The translations under genes were made by a program, and so were the position numbers. Positions 7,371-17,251 of a stretch of DNA of 57,073 bases are shown here, piece by piece (the first letter of the stretch is position 1; every line of letters starts with the position of its first letter). The notes beneath the pieces were generated by a model. It was not told the origin of the DNA and ran no database searches. It worked only from the letters and a program-made list of their open reading frames with translations. The stretch comes from Hydrotalea sp. (lineage in GTDB: Bacteria > Pseudomonadota > Alphaproteobacteria > JASGCL01): NCBI GenBank assembly GCA_030054115.1, contig JASGCL010000007.1:1-57073 (forward strand). Direction: 5' to 3'.

Positions 7371-8061
7371 ACACCTGTCATTGGAGCTAGGCGGTCAAGT
7401 TATTTTTAACGACCTGAATGCCACCCTGCCGGTCAAGGACTGCCTGTTTTTGCTGGGGCCAAATGGCGCGGGCAAAACCGTTCTGCTAAATATATTGGAT
7501 GGGCTTATCAAACCACGCACCGGCACCGTTCATGTCGCGCCGCGCGCACGGCATGTCAGTTTTGTTTTCCAGCGTCCGGTTTTTTTAAAACGCACCGTGT
7601 GGCAAAATCTGGTTTTTCCCTTAAGCAATTCTTGGCAACGGATGTTGGGGCACGGCCTGACGCCGGCCGAGCGCGAACGCGCCGAACAATTGCTCATTGA
7701 TTACAACCTGACCGCGCTACGCAACAACCAAGCCAACGCCTTGTCGGGTGGGCAACAACAACGTCTTGCCATGGCGCGCGCCCTTATCACCCGGCCGCAA
7801 TTGTTGTTGATGGATGAACCGACCGCGCACCTTGACCATGAATCGACCGCACAATTTGAAAACTTGACGCGCCACGAATTGGCAAATGGGATAAAGGTTA
7901 TTTTTGTCAGCCACGATTTGAACCAGGCAAAACGCCTGGCCGACGATATTGCCCTGATGCACAATGGCAAAATTGTCGTTTGCCAACGCAACCGCGATTT
8001 CTTTACACAGCCAAAAAACGAATTGCAAAAAAAGTTCTTGTCTGGTAATTTGCTTTTCTAA
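7354..8061 (+). CDS. ABC transporter ATP-binding protein (partner of the 6714..7370 permease)
   Basis: Walker A GPNGAGKT, signature LSGGQQQR and Walker B LLLMDEPT are present. I chose ATG 7354 rather than the track start at 7219. Confidence 0.8.
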   Translation: MRLEIKHLSLELGGQVIFNDLNATLPVKDCLFLLGPNGAGKTVLLNILDGLIKPRTGTVHVAPRARHVSFVFQRPVFLKRTVWQNLVFPLSNSWQRMLGHGLTPAERERAEQLLIDYNLTALRNNQANALSGGQQQRLAMARALITRPQLLLMDEPTAHLDHESTAQFENLTRHELANGIKVIFVSHDLNQAKRLADDIALMHNGKIVVCQRNRDFFTQPKNELQKKFLSGNLLF

Positions 8062-8735
8062 TGAAAAAAATTCTACCCTTGGCGGTGCTGGTGTTGGCCT
8101 CGCTTATTGGCTTTTACCTTATCAACCATTATGGTTTGTCGTTGCAATTGTTGCAGGCGCAAAAAGAAACCATCAACAATTTTATCGATGGTAATTTTTT
8201 ATTGGCCACTGTTGGGTTTTTGTTATTATACGCCTTGGTTGTCGCCTTAAGCCTGCCGATTGCCAGTTTGCTGACATTATCATCGGGTTTTTTCTTTGGC
8301 ACGTGGCTGGGCGGGTCGCTGACCGTGCTGGGCGCAACCATCGGCGCGACGATTATTTTTTGGGTCGCCAAGACGTCCTTGGGCGAATCGTTGCGGCAAA
8401 AGGCCAAAAAATCAAAGGGCATTTATAACAACATCGCGTCGGAGATTGAGGCCAACCAATGGTCGGGCATGTTGTTTTTGCGGCTGATTCCGGCCTTTCC
8501 TTTTTTCTTGGTGAATATTGTGCCGGCATTTTTTAATGTCTCAACCCTGGTGTTTTTTATCACCACCTTGGTTGGTATTGCGCCGGCCAGTTTCATCTAC
8601 GCCAACATCGGCACGCAATTGGGGAGCATCTCGTCGCTGTCGGGTTTGGTATCGCCCAATATATTGCTGGCCTTCACCGGTTTGGGCTTGCTGGCGTTGT
8701 TGCCGGTGGTGGTAAAAAAAATCCGCAGAAAATAA
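8061..8735 (+). CDS. TVP38/TMEM64 (DedA/SNARE-associated) family membrane protein
   Basis: Polytopic membrane protein with the characteristic segment LSSGFFFGTWLGGSLTVLGATIGATIIFWVAKT. Confidence 0.7.
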   Translation: MKKILPLAVLVLASLIGFYLINHYGLSLQLLQAQKETINNFIDGNFLLATVGFLLLYALVVALSLPIASLLTLSSGFFFGTWLGGSLTVLGATIGATIIFWVAKTSLGESLRQKAKKSKGIYNNIASEIEANQWSGMLFLRLIPAFPFFLVNIVPAFFNVSTLVFFITTLVGIAPASFIYANIGTQLGSISSLSGLVSPNILLAFTGLGLLALLPVVVKKIRRK

Positions 8736-8767
8736 TTTTGCAAATATTTTTTGCAAATATTTTTTTA

Positions 8768-9361
8768 TTAGGCCAGTAGCTTTTTCAAATTGGCTTCTGC
8801 ATTATAACCATGGCGATGATATTCGCGCACGATGAAGGGAATGCTGGCATTGAGAAACTCCACCCGCTCGACCTCGGTAAAGTCTTTTTCATAATCAAGC
8901 GTAAGATAACATGGCGACTGCGGATTGCGCGATAAAATATGCTCGCCCAGCAATTCGCTGGCAAAAATAACATTGGCAAATCGATAGGCTAGGTCAATAG
9001 TTTCCGCGCCGCCGATAACGCTTGCCTGGTGGTCGCAAGCCTGCAAGGCCGCCCCCATATCATCAAACACGGCCGCGCCGTCGGGTGGATTTAAGTTTTT
9101 TTGCCGGCTGATGATAATATTTTTTCTGTGGGGCAATGGTTTCCGCGGCAGGCTGTCCCATGTTTTTCGCCCCATGATGATGGCGGGGGTGGCGATATTG
9201 CTCATAACCCGTGGTGCCATCGTCAATTTTTTAAAATTTTGCATATCCTCAGGCAAATGGTCCCACGGCAGGCAATTACCATCACCAATAATTTTTTTTC
9301 CATCATGCTGGGCAAAGGCAAATACCAACGAGACAAATGGCGAACCAAAGGCTTCGGTCAT
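8768..9361 (-). CDS. folA: dihydrofolate reductase
   Basis: IIGDGNCLPWDHLPEDMQNFKKLT, IIMGRKTWDSLPRKPLPHRKNIIISR and IGGAETI match DHFR motifs. The start ATG at 9361 overlaps the upstream stop as TAATG. Confidence 0.8.
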   Translation of the reverse strand: MTEAFGSPFVSLVFAFAQHDGKKIIGDGNCLPWDHLPEDMQNFKKLTMAPRVMSNIATPAIIMGRKTWDSLPRKPLPHRKNIIISRQKNLNPPDGAAVFDDMGAALQACDHQASVIGGAETIDLAYRFANVIFASELLGEHILSRNPQSPCYLTLDYEKDFTEVERVEFLNASIPFIVREYHRHGYNAEANLKKLLA

Positions 9362-9969
9362 TATTTTTTTGCCGGCGATGCTTCTTGCCGCGCGTCCGAT
9401 TTTCCCCATTCTTCTTGGTAATGTTTGACCACCGGTTGGTTTTCGTCAAAGCCGTAACAGCTGTTTACCAGCCGCGACAACCCCTTCGTATTATTGCTGT
9501 CGCGCAACCGCGCCGTAACAATGGTTTGATATGCCACCGTCGCCATTATCGGCAACATGTCGGTCAGGTGCGTGCAACCGGCAACGCCGTGAAATAATTC
9601 TTTTACCTTGCGCGAAAAACCGGCGGCAATTTGCACCCCGACCAATTTTTCAAAATAATTGGGGGTGATTTTATTGCAAATGCGATAGGGCGAGGCATTG
9701 GTAACCGCATGCGCCGATTTAATCGTCATGGTATCATCCAGCGTTAGGCGCAGGCGCATTTCATGCAATGGGTCGCCCGATTTTATGGTGCCGCGGTCAA
9801 AATTGTCAAAATCATAACCCTTGGTGTCTTTTAGCCAGGCCTCAATATCCCACAACCCATCGTCGCGTTTAAAACCGGCGGCCTCTATCCGGCGGGTGTG
9901 ATATAACTCGCGCCGCGTGGTAACCGCGGGCATGATATTGTCGGCTGTTGCGTTGTTTTTTTCTGTCAT
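9361..9969 (-). CDS. DUF2889 family protein
   Basis: HEMRLRLTLDD and GVAGCTHLTDMLP resemble the DUF2889 signature. The start is taken at ATG 9969 (MTEKNN...). Confidence 0.55.
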   Translation of the reverse strand: MTEKNNATADNIMPAVTTRRELYHTRRIEAAGFKRDDGLWDIEAWLKDTKGYDFDNFDRGTIKSGDPLHEMRLRLTLDDTMTIKSAHAVTNASPYRICNKITPNYFEKLVGVQIAAGFSRKVKELFHGVAGCTHLTDMLPIMATVAYQTIVTARLRDSNNTKGLSRLVNSCYGFDENQPVVKHYQEEWGKSDARQEASPAKK

Positions 9970-10053
9970 GATTTTTTCCCTATCGACGCATCGTATCATA
10001 AATTACGCGGCCAAGCAAACCTGCGCTAAACCTGTGCACCGCTAGGGCAAGGG

Positions 10054-11358
10054 CTACCTTACCAACAGCCCGCCAATTTTTCGCTTGGTCTTTTTTATTT
10101 TTATTTTTTTTATTTTTATTTTTTTAATCTGTTGTTTTTCCAACGCCAACACAACGAAGTGAAAGCCAAAGGCGGTGATGCCGACCCCAACCTCGGGGAC
10201 AATTTTTGCCTCGCGCAGTAACAGGCCGGCGATGGTGTTGACCCCTTCCTCCGGCAAATCCCAACCATATTCACGGTTAAGGTTGCGCACCGTGACGGTG
10301 CCCATGGCGACCACCGACCCGTCGTCCGTCTGCATCATTTCTTTTTTGGGTTGGCCGATGTTTTCGATATCACCGACAATTTCGCTCAAAATATCCTCCA
10401 ACGTTACCACGCCCTTAAAAACACCATATTCGTCTATGACAATTGCGAAATGATTGCCGACCTTGCGAAATGCCTGCAACTGATGCGCCAGGGTGGTTGA
10501 AATCGGCACGAACCATGGTTTGTCGGCCAATTTAATCAATTGTTTTTTGGTCAAACCATTTTGCCACAGGTTTTTTTTCAACACCTCCTTGGTGTGAAAA
10601 ACGCCGATGATTTTATCCGGGTCGTCTTGATACAATGGCAAATGGCCGTAACGTGATTGGCTAATCGCCGCCAGCATTTTTTTTAACGGCCAGGCGGTGG
10701 ATATCATCTCGACCGAGTTGCGATAGGTCATGGCACTATCCAACGCATTGTCGGCCAAATCGAGAATCGATTGCAACATCAATTTTTCATGTTTTTCGAC
10801 TGCATCGCTTTCTTCCTGCATTTCTATCACGCCGCGCAATTCGTCATCGCGTTCGCCGGCATGGTCTTTTTTTAAACGGAACAACCATATCACCGCACGG
10901 TTCATGCCCTCTATCAACCATGTTAATGGTCGGGTTATATAACTAACCACCACCAGGGGGTAAGCCAAGGACAAGACAATTTTGTTTGCCATGTAGACCG
11001 CGATGTTTTTGGGAATGATCTCGGTAAATATGACCATCACCGCCCCCATCGCGCTGGCGGCAATCGCCAACCCCCGGACGCCGAACATCGATGTCATGAA
11101 ATAGGTAAAATAAGATGCCAAAAAAATATTCAGCAGGTTGTTACAAAGCAACATCACGGTAATAAGCCGTTCTTTATTTTCTAATATACCAACCGCCAAT
11201 TTTGCCGCCGGTGATTTTTTATCGCGCGCGATAGACACCATGCGCGGCAAGGACGCCGCCGATATGGCCGTTTCCGCCGCCGAAAAAAATGCCGCCAATA
11301 TTAACAATACCCCGAGCAATAAAATTTGCGGCAAATAGGTAATAAAAACCTGCGTCAT
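10054..11358 (-). CDS. hemolysin-family / CNNM transporter (DUF21-CBS pair-CorC_HlyC), TlyC-like
   Basis: The N-terminal DUF21 region reads LAAFFSAAETAI, followed by a CBS region and a CorC-type C-terminal domain. The tail is an unusual KKIKIKKIKIKKTKRK. Confidence 0.85.
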   Translation of the reverse strand: MTQVFITYLPQILLLGVLLILAAFFSAAETAISAASLPRMVSIARDKKSPAAKLAVGILENKERLITVMLLCNNLLNIFLASYFTYFMTSMFGVRGLAIAASAMGAVMVIFTEIIPKNIAVYMANKIVLSLAYPLVVVSYITRPLTWLIEGMNRAVIWLFRLKKDHAGERDDELRGVIEMQEESDAVEKHEKLMLQSILDLADNALDSAMTYRNSVEMISTAWPLKKMLAAISQSRYGHLPLYQDDPDKIIGVFHTKEVLKKNLWQNGLTKKQLIKLADKPWFVPISTTLAHQLQAFRKVGNHFAIVIDEYGVFKGVVTLEDILSEIVGDIENIGQPKKEMMQTDDGSVVAMGTVTVRNLNREYGWDLPEEGVNTIAGLLLREAKIVPEVGVGITAFGFHFVVLALEKQQIKKIKIKKIKIKKTKRKIGGLLVR

Positions 11359-11670
11359 GCGCCTGTCCCATCCCCTTGCCGAATCTGGGTTATGGTTTGC
11401 CGCCGGCTGAATAATGGCGCGGGATTAAAAATAGCGATAGAAAAATAATGGGAAACGATAAATCGTCTCTGCTCAGGAACGGAATCAGGCATAATAGGTA
11501 TAAAAAATTCGGTATTTATAAATGATAAGTTGCAACCGATGTAGGATGATTATAAGGGAAAAATTATCGAAAATCAAGCATAAATGCAATCTTAAGAAAT
11601 GATTCATGCCGCGCAAATTCATGGCAATAATTTGTTGCAACAATTTATTAACCGGTGAATCGGTGTTATA

Positions 11671-12399
11671 ATGCAAACCATGCAATGGCAAGATGAAGGG
11701 TTTATCACCCGTGCGGTTATTTTTCACGAGCAGTCGCTACGGCTGTTTATCTTCACCCGCGACCATGGGCTTTACACCGGCATTCACCGCTACACCAAGA
11801 ACAAGGCAACCCGCCAGCAATTTCAACGCGGCAATTTGTTGCGCGCCACGTGGCACGCGCGGTTGGAGGATCACCTGGGCGAATGGCGCACCGAATTGCT
11901 CGCGCCATTTGGTGGCTATGCCCTTTCTTTTTCGGCAAAAAAATTACAGGCTTTTGAATCTGCCCTGGCCCTGCTCGCCAGTTTATTGCCCGAGCGTATG
12001 CCCATGCCGCAACTTTATGACGAGGCCGTTGCGTTGCTTCGCGCCTTCAGCGGTCGCAACAATGTGGTCGACGACCCCGATGATTACCTATCGGCCTATT
12101 GTCGGTTTGAATATCAACTGCTCGCCCATTTGGGTTATGGTTTCAGCCTGCACCATGGGCAGGAGGTTGTGTTGTTAAACCAAAACCGCGGCGACAATTT
12201 GGCGGCGGCACAATCGCGGGGCGAGCCCTTCCTCCCCCTGCCGCCATTTTTGCTCGACCCGCAATTGGCGGCGAGCGATAGTTGCAAGGCGCAGGCCCTG
12301 GCCCTGTCGGGATATTTTTTGGAACGGCTTTTTATCAGCGTGAAAAAAAACGGCCTGCCAACCATACGCCAACAATTGGCGGGCAAGGTCGCGGCGTAG
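11671..12399 (+). CDS. recO: DNA repair protein RecO
   Basis: MQWQDEGFITRAVIFHEQSLRLFIFTRDHGLY is a typical RecO OB-fold N-terminus, and the length is typical. Confidence 0.8.
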   Translation: MQTMQWQDEGFITRAVIFHEQSLRLFIFTRDHGLYTGIHRYTKNKATRQQFQRGNLLRATWHARLEDHLGEWRTELLAPFGGYALSFSAKKLQAFESALALLASLLPERMPMPQLYDEAVALLRAFSGRNNVVDDPDDYLSAYCRFEYQLLAHLGYGFSLHHGQEVVLLNQNRGDNLAAAQSRGEPFLPLPPFLLDPQLAASDSCKAQALALSGYFLERLFISVKKNGLPTIRQQLAGKVAA

Positions 12400-12441
12400 C
12401 GGCGCAACAGATTTTATTTTACCAATTGGTTATTTTGCTAT

Positions 12442-13596
12442 TTATTTTATCACGCTGGATAAAAAATCCTGCACCGCCGGCAAGGGGATTGTTTTATCTA
12501 TCGTCGCCTCGCCCAGCGATTTTAACAAGATGAAAACCAATTGCTGGTTGCTGACTTTTTTGTCATGTTGCATGTGGGCCAGCATCGCATCAACCGACCA
12601 TTCATAGGCTGGCAAATCTGACAATTTGGTTGGCAATTTGGCGCGTTGTAATAATTTTTCTAACCGTGCGCTGATGTTGTTTGTCTTGTCATTTGTCTTG
12701 CCCAGCGATTCCGAAAAACGCGCCGCCAGCATCATGCCGACCGCCACCGCCTGGCCATGCAGGACGCCATCTTCCCACAGGCGTTTGTATTGATATTCGG
12801 CCTCTATCGCGTGGGCAAATGTATGACCAAAATTCAGGAGCATACGGCGTGAACTTTCTTTCTCATCCTGCATCACGACCTCGGCCTTCATCTTGACCGA
12901 TTGTTCTATCGCGTGGCTGACGGTTGCGGGGTCGAGCGCGACCAGTTTTTCCATGTTAACCTCCAGCCATTGAAAAAAATCCTCGCTCATAATCGCGCCG
13001 TATTTTATAATTTCGGCGATGCCGGCACTGACCTCGGCCTGCGGCAAGGTTTTTAAAAAATCGATATCGGCCAGCACCAAGCTTGGTTGGTGAAACGCGC
13101 CGATTAAATTTTTGCCCATGTTGGAATTGATGCCGGTTTTGCCACCGACCGAGCTATCGACCATGGCGAGCAACGTCGTCGGCACCTGAATAAAATTGAT
13201 GCCGCGTAATAATGTCGCGGCGCAAAACCCCGCCAAATCCCCCACCACGCCGCCGCCGACCGCCAGCAACCACGATTGCCGTTCCAAGCCGCAGGCCAAT
13301 AGTTTTTCGCTTAAATCGGCATAACGGAGGAGCGACTTGCTTGCCTCCCCCGCGGTGACCAGCAATTGAACAATTGTTTTGTCGGGAAAATTATTGGCGA
13401 TATCGTCTTTAATTTTTTCGCCGTAATGATTGGTTAAGCCGACATCGATAACCAGCGGCAAGGTCGCGCCTTTTATTTTTTCGCGGTCGATGTAATCAAC
13501 CAAATTGGCCAGCAAGCCATGGCCGACAACGACATGGTAGGCATGAGTCCCGAATCTCAGCGGAATGGTAATTGGTTTGTTTAAAGAGTAGGACAA
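12442..13596 (-). CDS. aroB: 3-dehydroquinate synthase
   Basis: GGGVVGDLAGFCAATLLRGINFIQVPTTLLAMVDSSVGGKTGIN is present. The gene sits downstream of aroK, which is the canonical order. Confidence 0.92.
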   Translation of the reverse strand: MSYSLNKPITIPLRFGTHAYHVVVGHGLLANLVDYIDREKIKGATLPLVIDVGLTNHYGEKIKDDIANNFPDKTIVQLLVTAGEASKSLLRYADLSEKLLACGLERQSWLLAVGGGVVGDLAGFCAATLLRGINFIQVPTTLLAMVDSSVGGKTGINSNMGKNLIGAFHQPSLVLADIDFLKTLPQAEVSAGIAEIIKYGAIMSEDFFQWLEVNMEKLVALDPATVSHAIEQSVKMKAEVVMQDEKESSRRMLLNFGHTFAHAIEAEYQYKRLWEDGVLHGQAVAVGMMLAARFSESLGKTNDKTNNISARLEKLLQRAKLPTKLSDLPAYEWSVDAMLAHMQHDKKVSNQQLVFILLKSLGEATIDKTIPLPAVQDFLSSVIK

Positions 13597-13650
13597 ATGC
13601 GGTGAGACGGGGTTGAAGCGTTGCGTTGTTGGGTAAAAAATTTTGAAGGC

Positions 13651-14253
13651 TTATTCGCCTTTTACAGCTTCAGCTATACCATGTTTGATAAGGATAGACA
13701 ACAACCGCGACATATTCTTTTTTTTTGAACCGCCGCCCAGCGGGCCAAAGGGCAAAATAATATCCGCCGTCATGTATGTCGCGCGACGTGCGTTATAAAT
13801 TTCACGCAATTTCTTTCTGGGGTTTTTGTCCTTTAGCAATGGGCGGTCCTTGCCGTGGCGCACCCGCATCCACAATGCCCAAACCGGCGCGTCGATATAA
13901 ATCGTAACCACCTGCTGTTCGCGCAATAATTTTCGGATGGCGGGGTTGATAAACGACCCGCCACCGCCGGCGATAATTTTGTTGTTGTTTTTTTTATTTG
14001 CCGTGGTGCTAAGGATTTTTTTCATCACCGACAATTCTTTTTTGCGAAAATAATCCTGGCCCAGGGCGGGGTCGGTAAAAATATCGGTGATGGATTTCCC
14101 CTCCATCGCAATAATCACCTCATCGGTGTCGATAAAATCAACACCGATAGCCTCGGCCAGCAATTTGCCGACCTTGCTTTTGCCCGAACCCATCATCCCG
14201 ACCAGGAATACCGATGATTTCAAACGATAAGTATTTTTTTTAGCCGCCAACAT
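13651..14253 (-). CDS. aroK: shikimate kinase
   Basis: P-loop GMMGSGKSKVGKLLA followed by FIDTDEVI. Confidence 0.88.
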   Translation of the reverse strand: MLAAKKNTYRLKSSVFLVGMMGSGKSKVGKLLAEAIGVDFIDTDEVIIAMEGKSITDIFTDPALGQDYFRKKELSVMKKILSTTANKKNNNKIIAGGGGSFINPAIRKLLREQQVVTIYIDAPVWALWMRVRHGKDRPLLKDKNPRKKLREIYNARRATYMTADIILPFGPLGGGSKKKNMSRLLSILIKHGIAEAVKGE

Positions 14254-14400
14254 TTTTTAATTTTTTTCCCCCTAGCCTTTTTATATAATTTTTGCCTTTT
14301 CTTTTTGCTTGATTTTCGATGGGTTTTCAATCATAAAATCAGCCATAAGCAAGAATAAGCAGAAACAATCTATAAAATAATTATTGCCCGAAAGAATTAC

Positions 14401-15876
14401 ATGACCAACCACAACCTGCAACCACCAAAAAGTCACTTCGTCAATGGTGATTATATGGAAAGCACCGATAAAAGCGGCGCGTTCGATTCGCTTTACCCGA
14501 CGACCTTGGAAAAAATTGCCACCCTTTATAACGCTGACGACGCGGTTATCAACGCCGCCATTGCCGCCGGGGAAAAGGCCTTTGCCATTTGGGCCAACAC
14601 CCCTGCTTCTACCCGTGGCAAAATTTTACGCCGCGCCGCCGAATTAATAAGGGAGAACAACGACGAATTGGCGCGCATCGAAACGCTTGATACCGGTAAG
14701 GCAATCGCCGAAACCATCGTCGCCGATGCTTTATCCGGCGCGGATTGCTTGGATTATTTTGGCGGGATTATTCAAGGGCAAACGTCCGATTATATTCCGC
14801 TGGGCGATAATTTTGCCTACACCCGCCGCGAACCCTTGGGCATTTGCCTAGGCCTTGGGGCGTGGAATTACCCGATACAAATTGCCTGTTGGAAATCGGC
14901 ACCATGTTTGGCGACCGGCAATGTGATGATATTCAAACCGGCGTCGGTCACACCCTTGAGCGCGCTAAAATTGGCGGAGATTTATAAAAAAGCCGGCCTG
15001 CCCGATGGCGTGTTCCAAGTGTTGCAGGGCAATGGCGCTATCGCCGACAAATTGGTGCGCCATGAAAAAATTGCCAAGGTTTCGCTAACCGGTTCGGTCG
15101 CAACGGGGAAGAAGGTCATGGCCGCCGCGTCGGAGACATTAAAAAAAGTTACATTGGAGCTTGGCGGTAAATCACCGCTGATAGTTTTTGACAGCGCGAA
15201 TATCGACGCCGCGGTGTCGGGTGCGATTTTGGGAAATTTTTATTCGTCGGGGCAAATTTGTTCCAACGGCACGCGGGTGTTTGTGCAACGCGGGGTTTAT
15301 AAAGAATTCTTGGCCAGCTTAAAAACCCGCGCCGAAAAAATTATCCTGGGCGACCCATTGAACCCCAAAACCCATTTGGGGCCGGTGGTCAGCCAAACGC
15401 AATATGATAGTATTTTGCGTTATATCGATGTCGGTATCAAGGGTGGGGCGGCGTTATTAACCGGCGGCAAACCGGCGGTGGTGAAGAATTTCCCAAAGGG
15501 TTTATTCATTGCCCCGACGGTGTTTTACGATTGCACCGACGACATGACAATTTGTGTCGAGGAAATTTTTGGCCCGGTGATGTCGGTCTTGCCATTTGAT
15601 AGCGAAGAAGAAGTCATCGCCCGCGCCAACCATAGCACGATGGGGCTGTCGGGCGGCATATTCACCAATAATTTACAGCAGGGCCACCGCGTCGCCGCCA
15701 AGTTGGAAACTGGCACCATTTGGATAAATAATTTTAACATCACGCCGATTGAAATGCCGTTCGGCGGTTACAAGGAATCCGGCCTGGGCCGCGAAAATGC
15801 CAAGGCCGTGTTGGAAAGTTACACGCAAATCAAATCGGTTTATGTTGAAATGGGCGTGGCGAGCGCGCCATATTAA
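14401..15876 (+). CDS. betB: betaine-aldehyde dehydrogenase (aldehyde dehydrogenase family)
   Basis: The translation is close to E. coli BetB along its whole length as I recall it (YTRREPLGI..GAWNYPIQIA.WKSAP, ELGGKSP, EEIFGPVMS, YTQIKSVYVEM). Confidence 0.8.
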   Translation: MTNHNLQPPKSHFVNGDYMESTDKSGAFDSLYPTTLEKIATLYNADDAVINAAIAAGEKAFAIWANTPASTRGKILRRAAELIRENNDELARIETLDTGKAIAETIVADALSGADCLDYFGGIIQGQTSDYIPLGDNFAYTRREPLGICLGLGAWNYPIQIACWKSAPCLATGNVMIFKPASVTPLSALKLAEIYKKAGLPDGVFQVLQGNGAIADKLVRHEKIAKVSLTGSVATGKKVMAAASETLKKVTLELGGKSPLIVFDSANIDAAVSGAILGNFYSSGQICSNGTRVFVQRGVYKEFLASLKTRAEKIILGDPLNPKTHLGPVVSQTQYDSILRYIDVGIKGGAALLTGGKPAVVKNFPKGLFIAPTVFYDCTDDMTICVEEIFGPVMSVLPFDSEEEVIARANHSTMGLSGGIFTNNLQQGHRVAAKLETGTIWINNFNITPIEMPFGGYKESGLGRENAKAVLESYTQIKSVYVEMGVASAPY

Positions 15877-15918
15877 TTTTCTTTGTAATTTTTCTGGTAA
15901 GTTTTTTTATAACCATTG

Positions 15919-16644
15919 ATGACCAACATCACCCGCGAATTTTTATTGCGCCAAGACGAGGTAACTGGCGGTTATGGGCTTATCGAAAAAATAACCAGCG
16001 ATAAAAAAAACGCCGAGAAAAAAATAACTGAGAAAAAAATTATCACACCGCGCGGCCATTGGTTGGTTTTGCCGCAAAAAACCTTGGCCGACCATGTTGC
16101 CCGCGAATATGAAACATTGCCGATAGCCAAGCGATTTTTTGCGCCCCTTGCCATGACCATCATCGATAATGTTATGGCCAAACGCGCCGACCATGATTTC
16201 GCGTTTTTATCGTCGTTGCGCCACGACACAATTTTATTTGTCGATGATAACCACCAAGAATTAATGGCCTATTTAACATCGACCTGGCAACCATTGTGGC
16301 ATTGGGCGGCACAATATTTTGGCACCGCCCTACCGATTGTTTATGATTTGCAACCACCGCCCCTGTCGCCAACCATTAGCGATAAGGTTCAAAAAAATAT
16401 TGCCGCGTGGAATGATTGGCTGGCCGGTGCGGTGTTTTATTTGTCGGGGTTGTTGCAATCACCGCTCATCGCCATGTTTACGCTACAGCGTGATGTTCCG
16501 GCGGAGACGTTATTCGCCTACGCCTTTGCCGAGCAAGAATACCAAGCGAAAAAATGGGGCATCGACGCCGTGGCGCAGGCCAAAAAAAACGCCACCATCG
16601 CCGAAATTAACCAAACCCAAGCATTTATAAAATTGGTGCGGTAA
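15919..16644 (+). CDS. ATP12 family F1-ATPase assembly chaperone
   Basis: The pattern LPQKTLADHVAREYE...MTIIDN...DTILF...QPLWHW...EQEYQAKKWGID fits the ATP12 family common in alphaproteobacteria. Confidence 0.6.
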   Translation: MTNITREFLLRQDEVTGGYGLIEKITSDKKNAEKKITEKKIITPRGHWLVLPQKTLADHVAREYETLPIAKRFFAPLAMTIIDNVMAKRADHDFAFLSSLRHDTILFVDDNHQELMAYLTSTWQPLWHWAAQYFGTALPIVYDLQPPPLSPTISDKVQKNIAAWNDWLAGAVFYLSGLLQSPLIAMFTLQRDVPAETLFAYAFAEQEYQAKKWGIDAVAQAKKNATIAEINQTQAFIKLVR

Positions 16645-16656
16645 AAAATAATTACC

Positions 16657-17235
16657 TTATTTAGACCATTGCAAAAACCAAACATGGGCATTGCCGCGCC
16701 GGCGGTCATCAATAATTTTAAATTCTGGCGGGCAAGATAAATCTATCTTCGGTTTGGTTTGAATAATAAAAAATCCATTTTGCGCCAATAGTTTTTTTTC
16801 CGCCACGCCATTTATAATCGCCGCCAATAAATCATCGCGGTCATATGGCGGGTCGGCAAAAATAACCTCGCTCGGCATGAATTCGCTGGGGATAAAACCA
16901 AAAGCACCGGGGAGTTTTTGCGGCACAATGGTCGCGCCATTTTCGACGCGCAACCGCGCAATATTTTCTTTTATCGCCGCCACCGCATCGGGCTGGTGTT
17001 CTATCAATAATATTTTTTCGGCACCACGGCTCATGGCCTCCAACCCCAGCAACCCCGCGCCGGCGCAAATATCAATCACCCGCGCACCCGATAAATCGCG
17101 ACCCCATTTTTTATCGGTCAGCAACATGTCGAACATCATTTTTCGCGCCAACACGCCGGTCGGCCGCGTGCCCAGCCCCTCGGGCGTCTGCAACGTCCGT
17201 CCCTTAAAATTGCCGGAAAGAATCTTCACCGCCAT
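16657..17235 (-). CDS. rsmD: 16S rRNA (guanine966-N2)-methyltransferase
   Basis: ILSGNFKGRTLQTPEGLGTRPT, DICAGAGLLGLEA and FADPPY are present. Confidence 0.85.
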   Translation of the reverse strand: MAVKILSGNFKGRTLQTPEGLGTRPTGVLARKMMFDMLLTDKKWGRDLSGARVIDICAGAGLLGLEAMSRGAEKILLIEHQPDAVAAIKENIARLRVENGATIVPQKLPGAFGFIPSEFMPSEVIFADPPYDRDDLLAAIINGVAEKKLLAQNGFFIIQTKPKIDLSCPPEFKIIDDRRRGNAHVWFLQWSK

Positions 17236-17251
17236 GTTTTTTTTCCTCGCG

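Noticed and set aside
11485-11727. 80-aa ORF on the minus strand in the TlyC/recO intergenic region
   Set aside because: It overlaps the recO start, has no ribosome-binding site or recognisable motif, and lies in a divergent promoter region.
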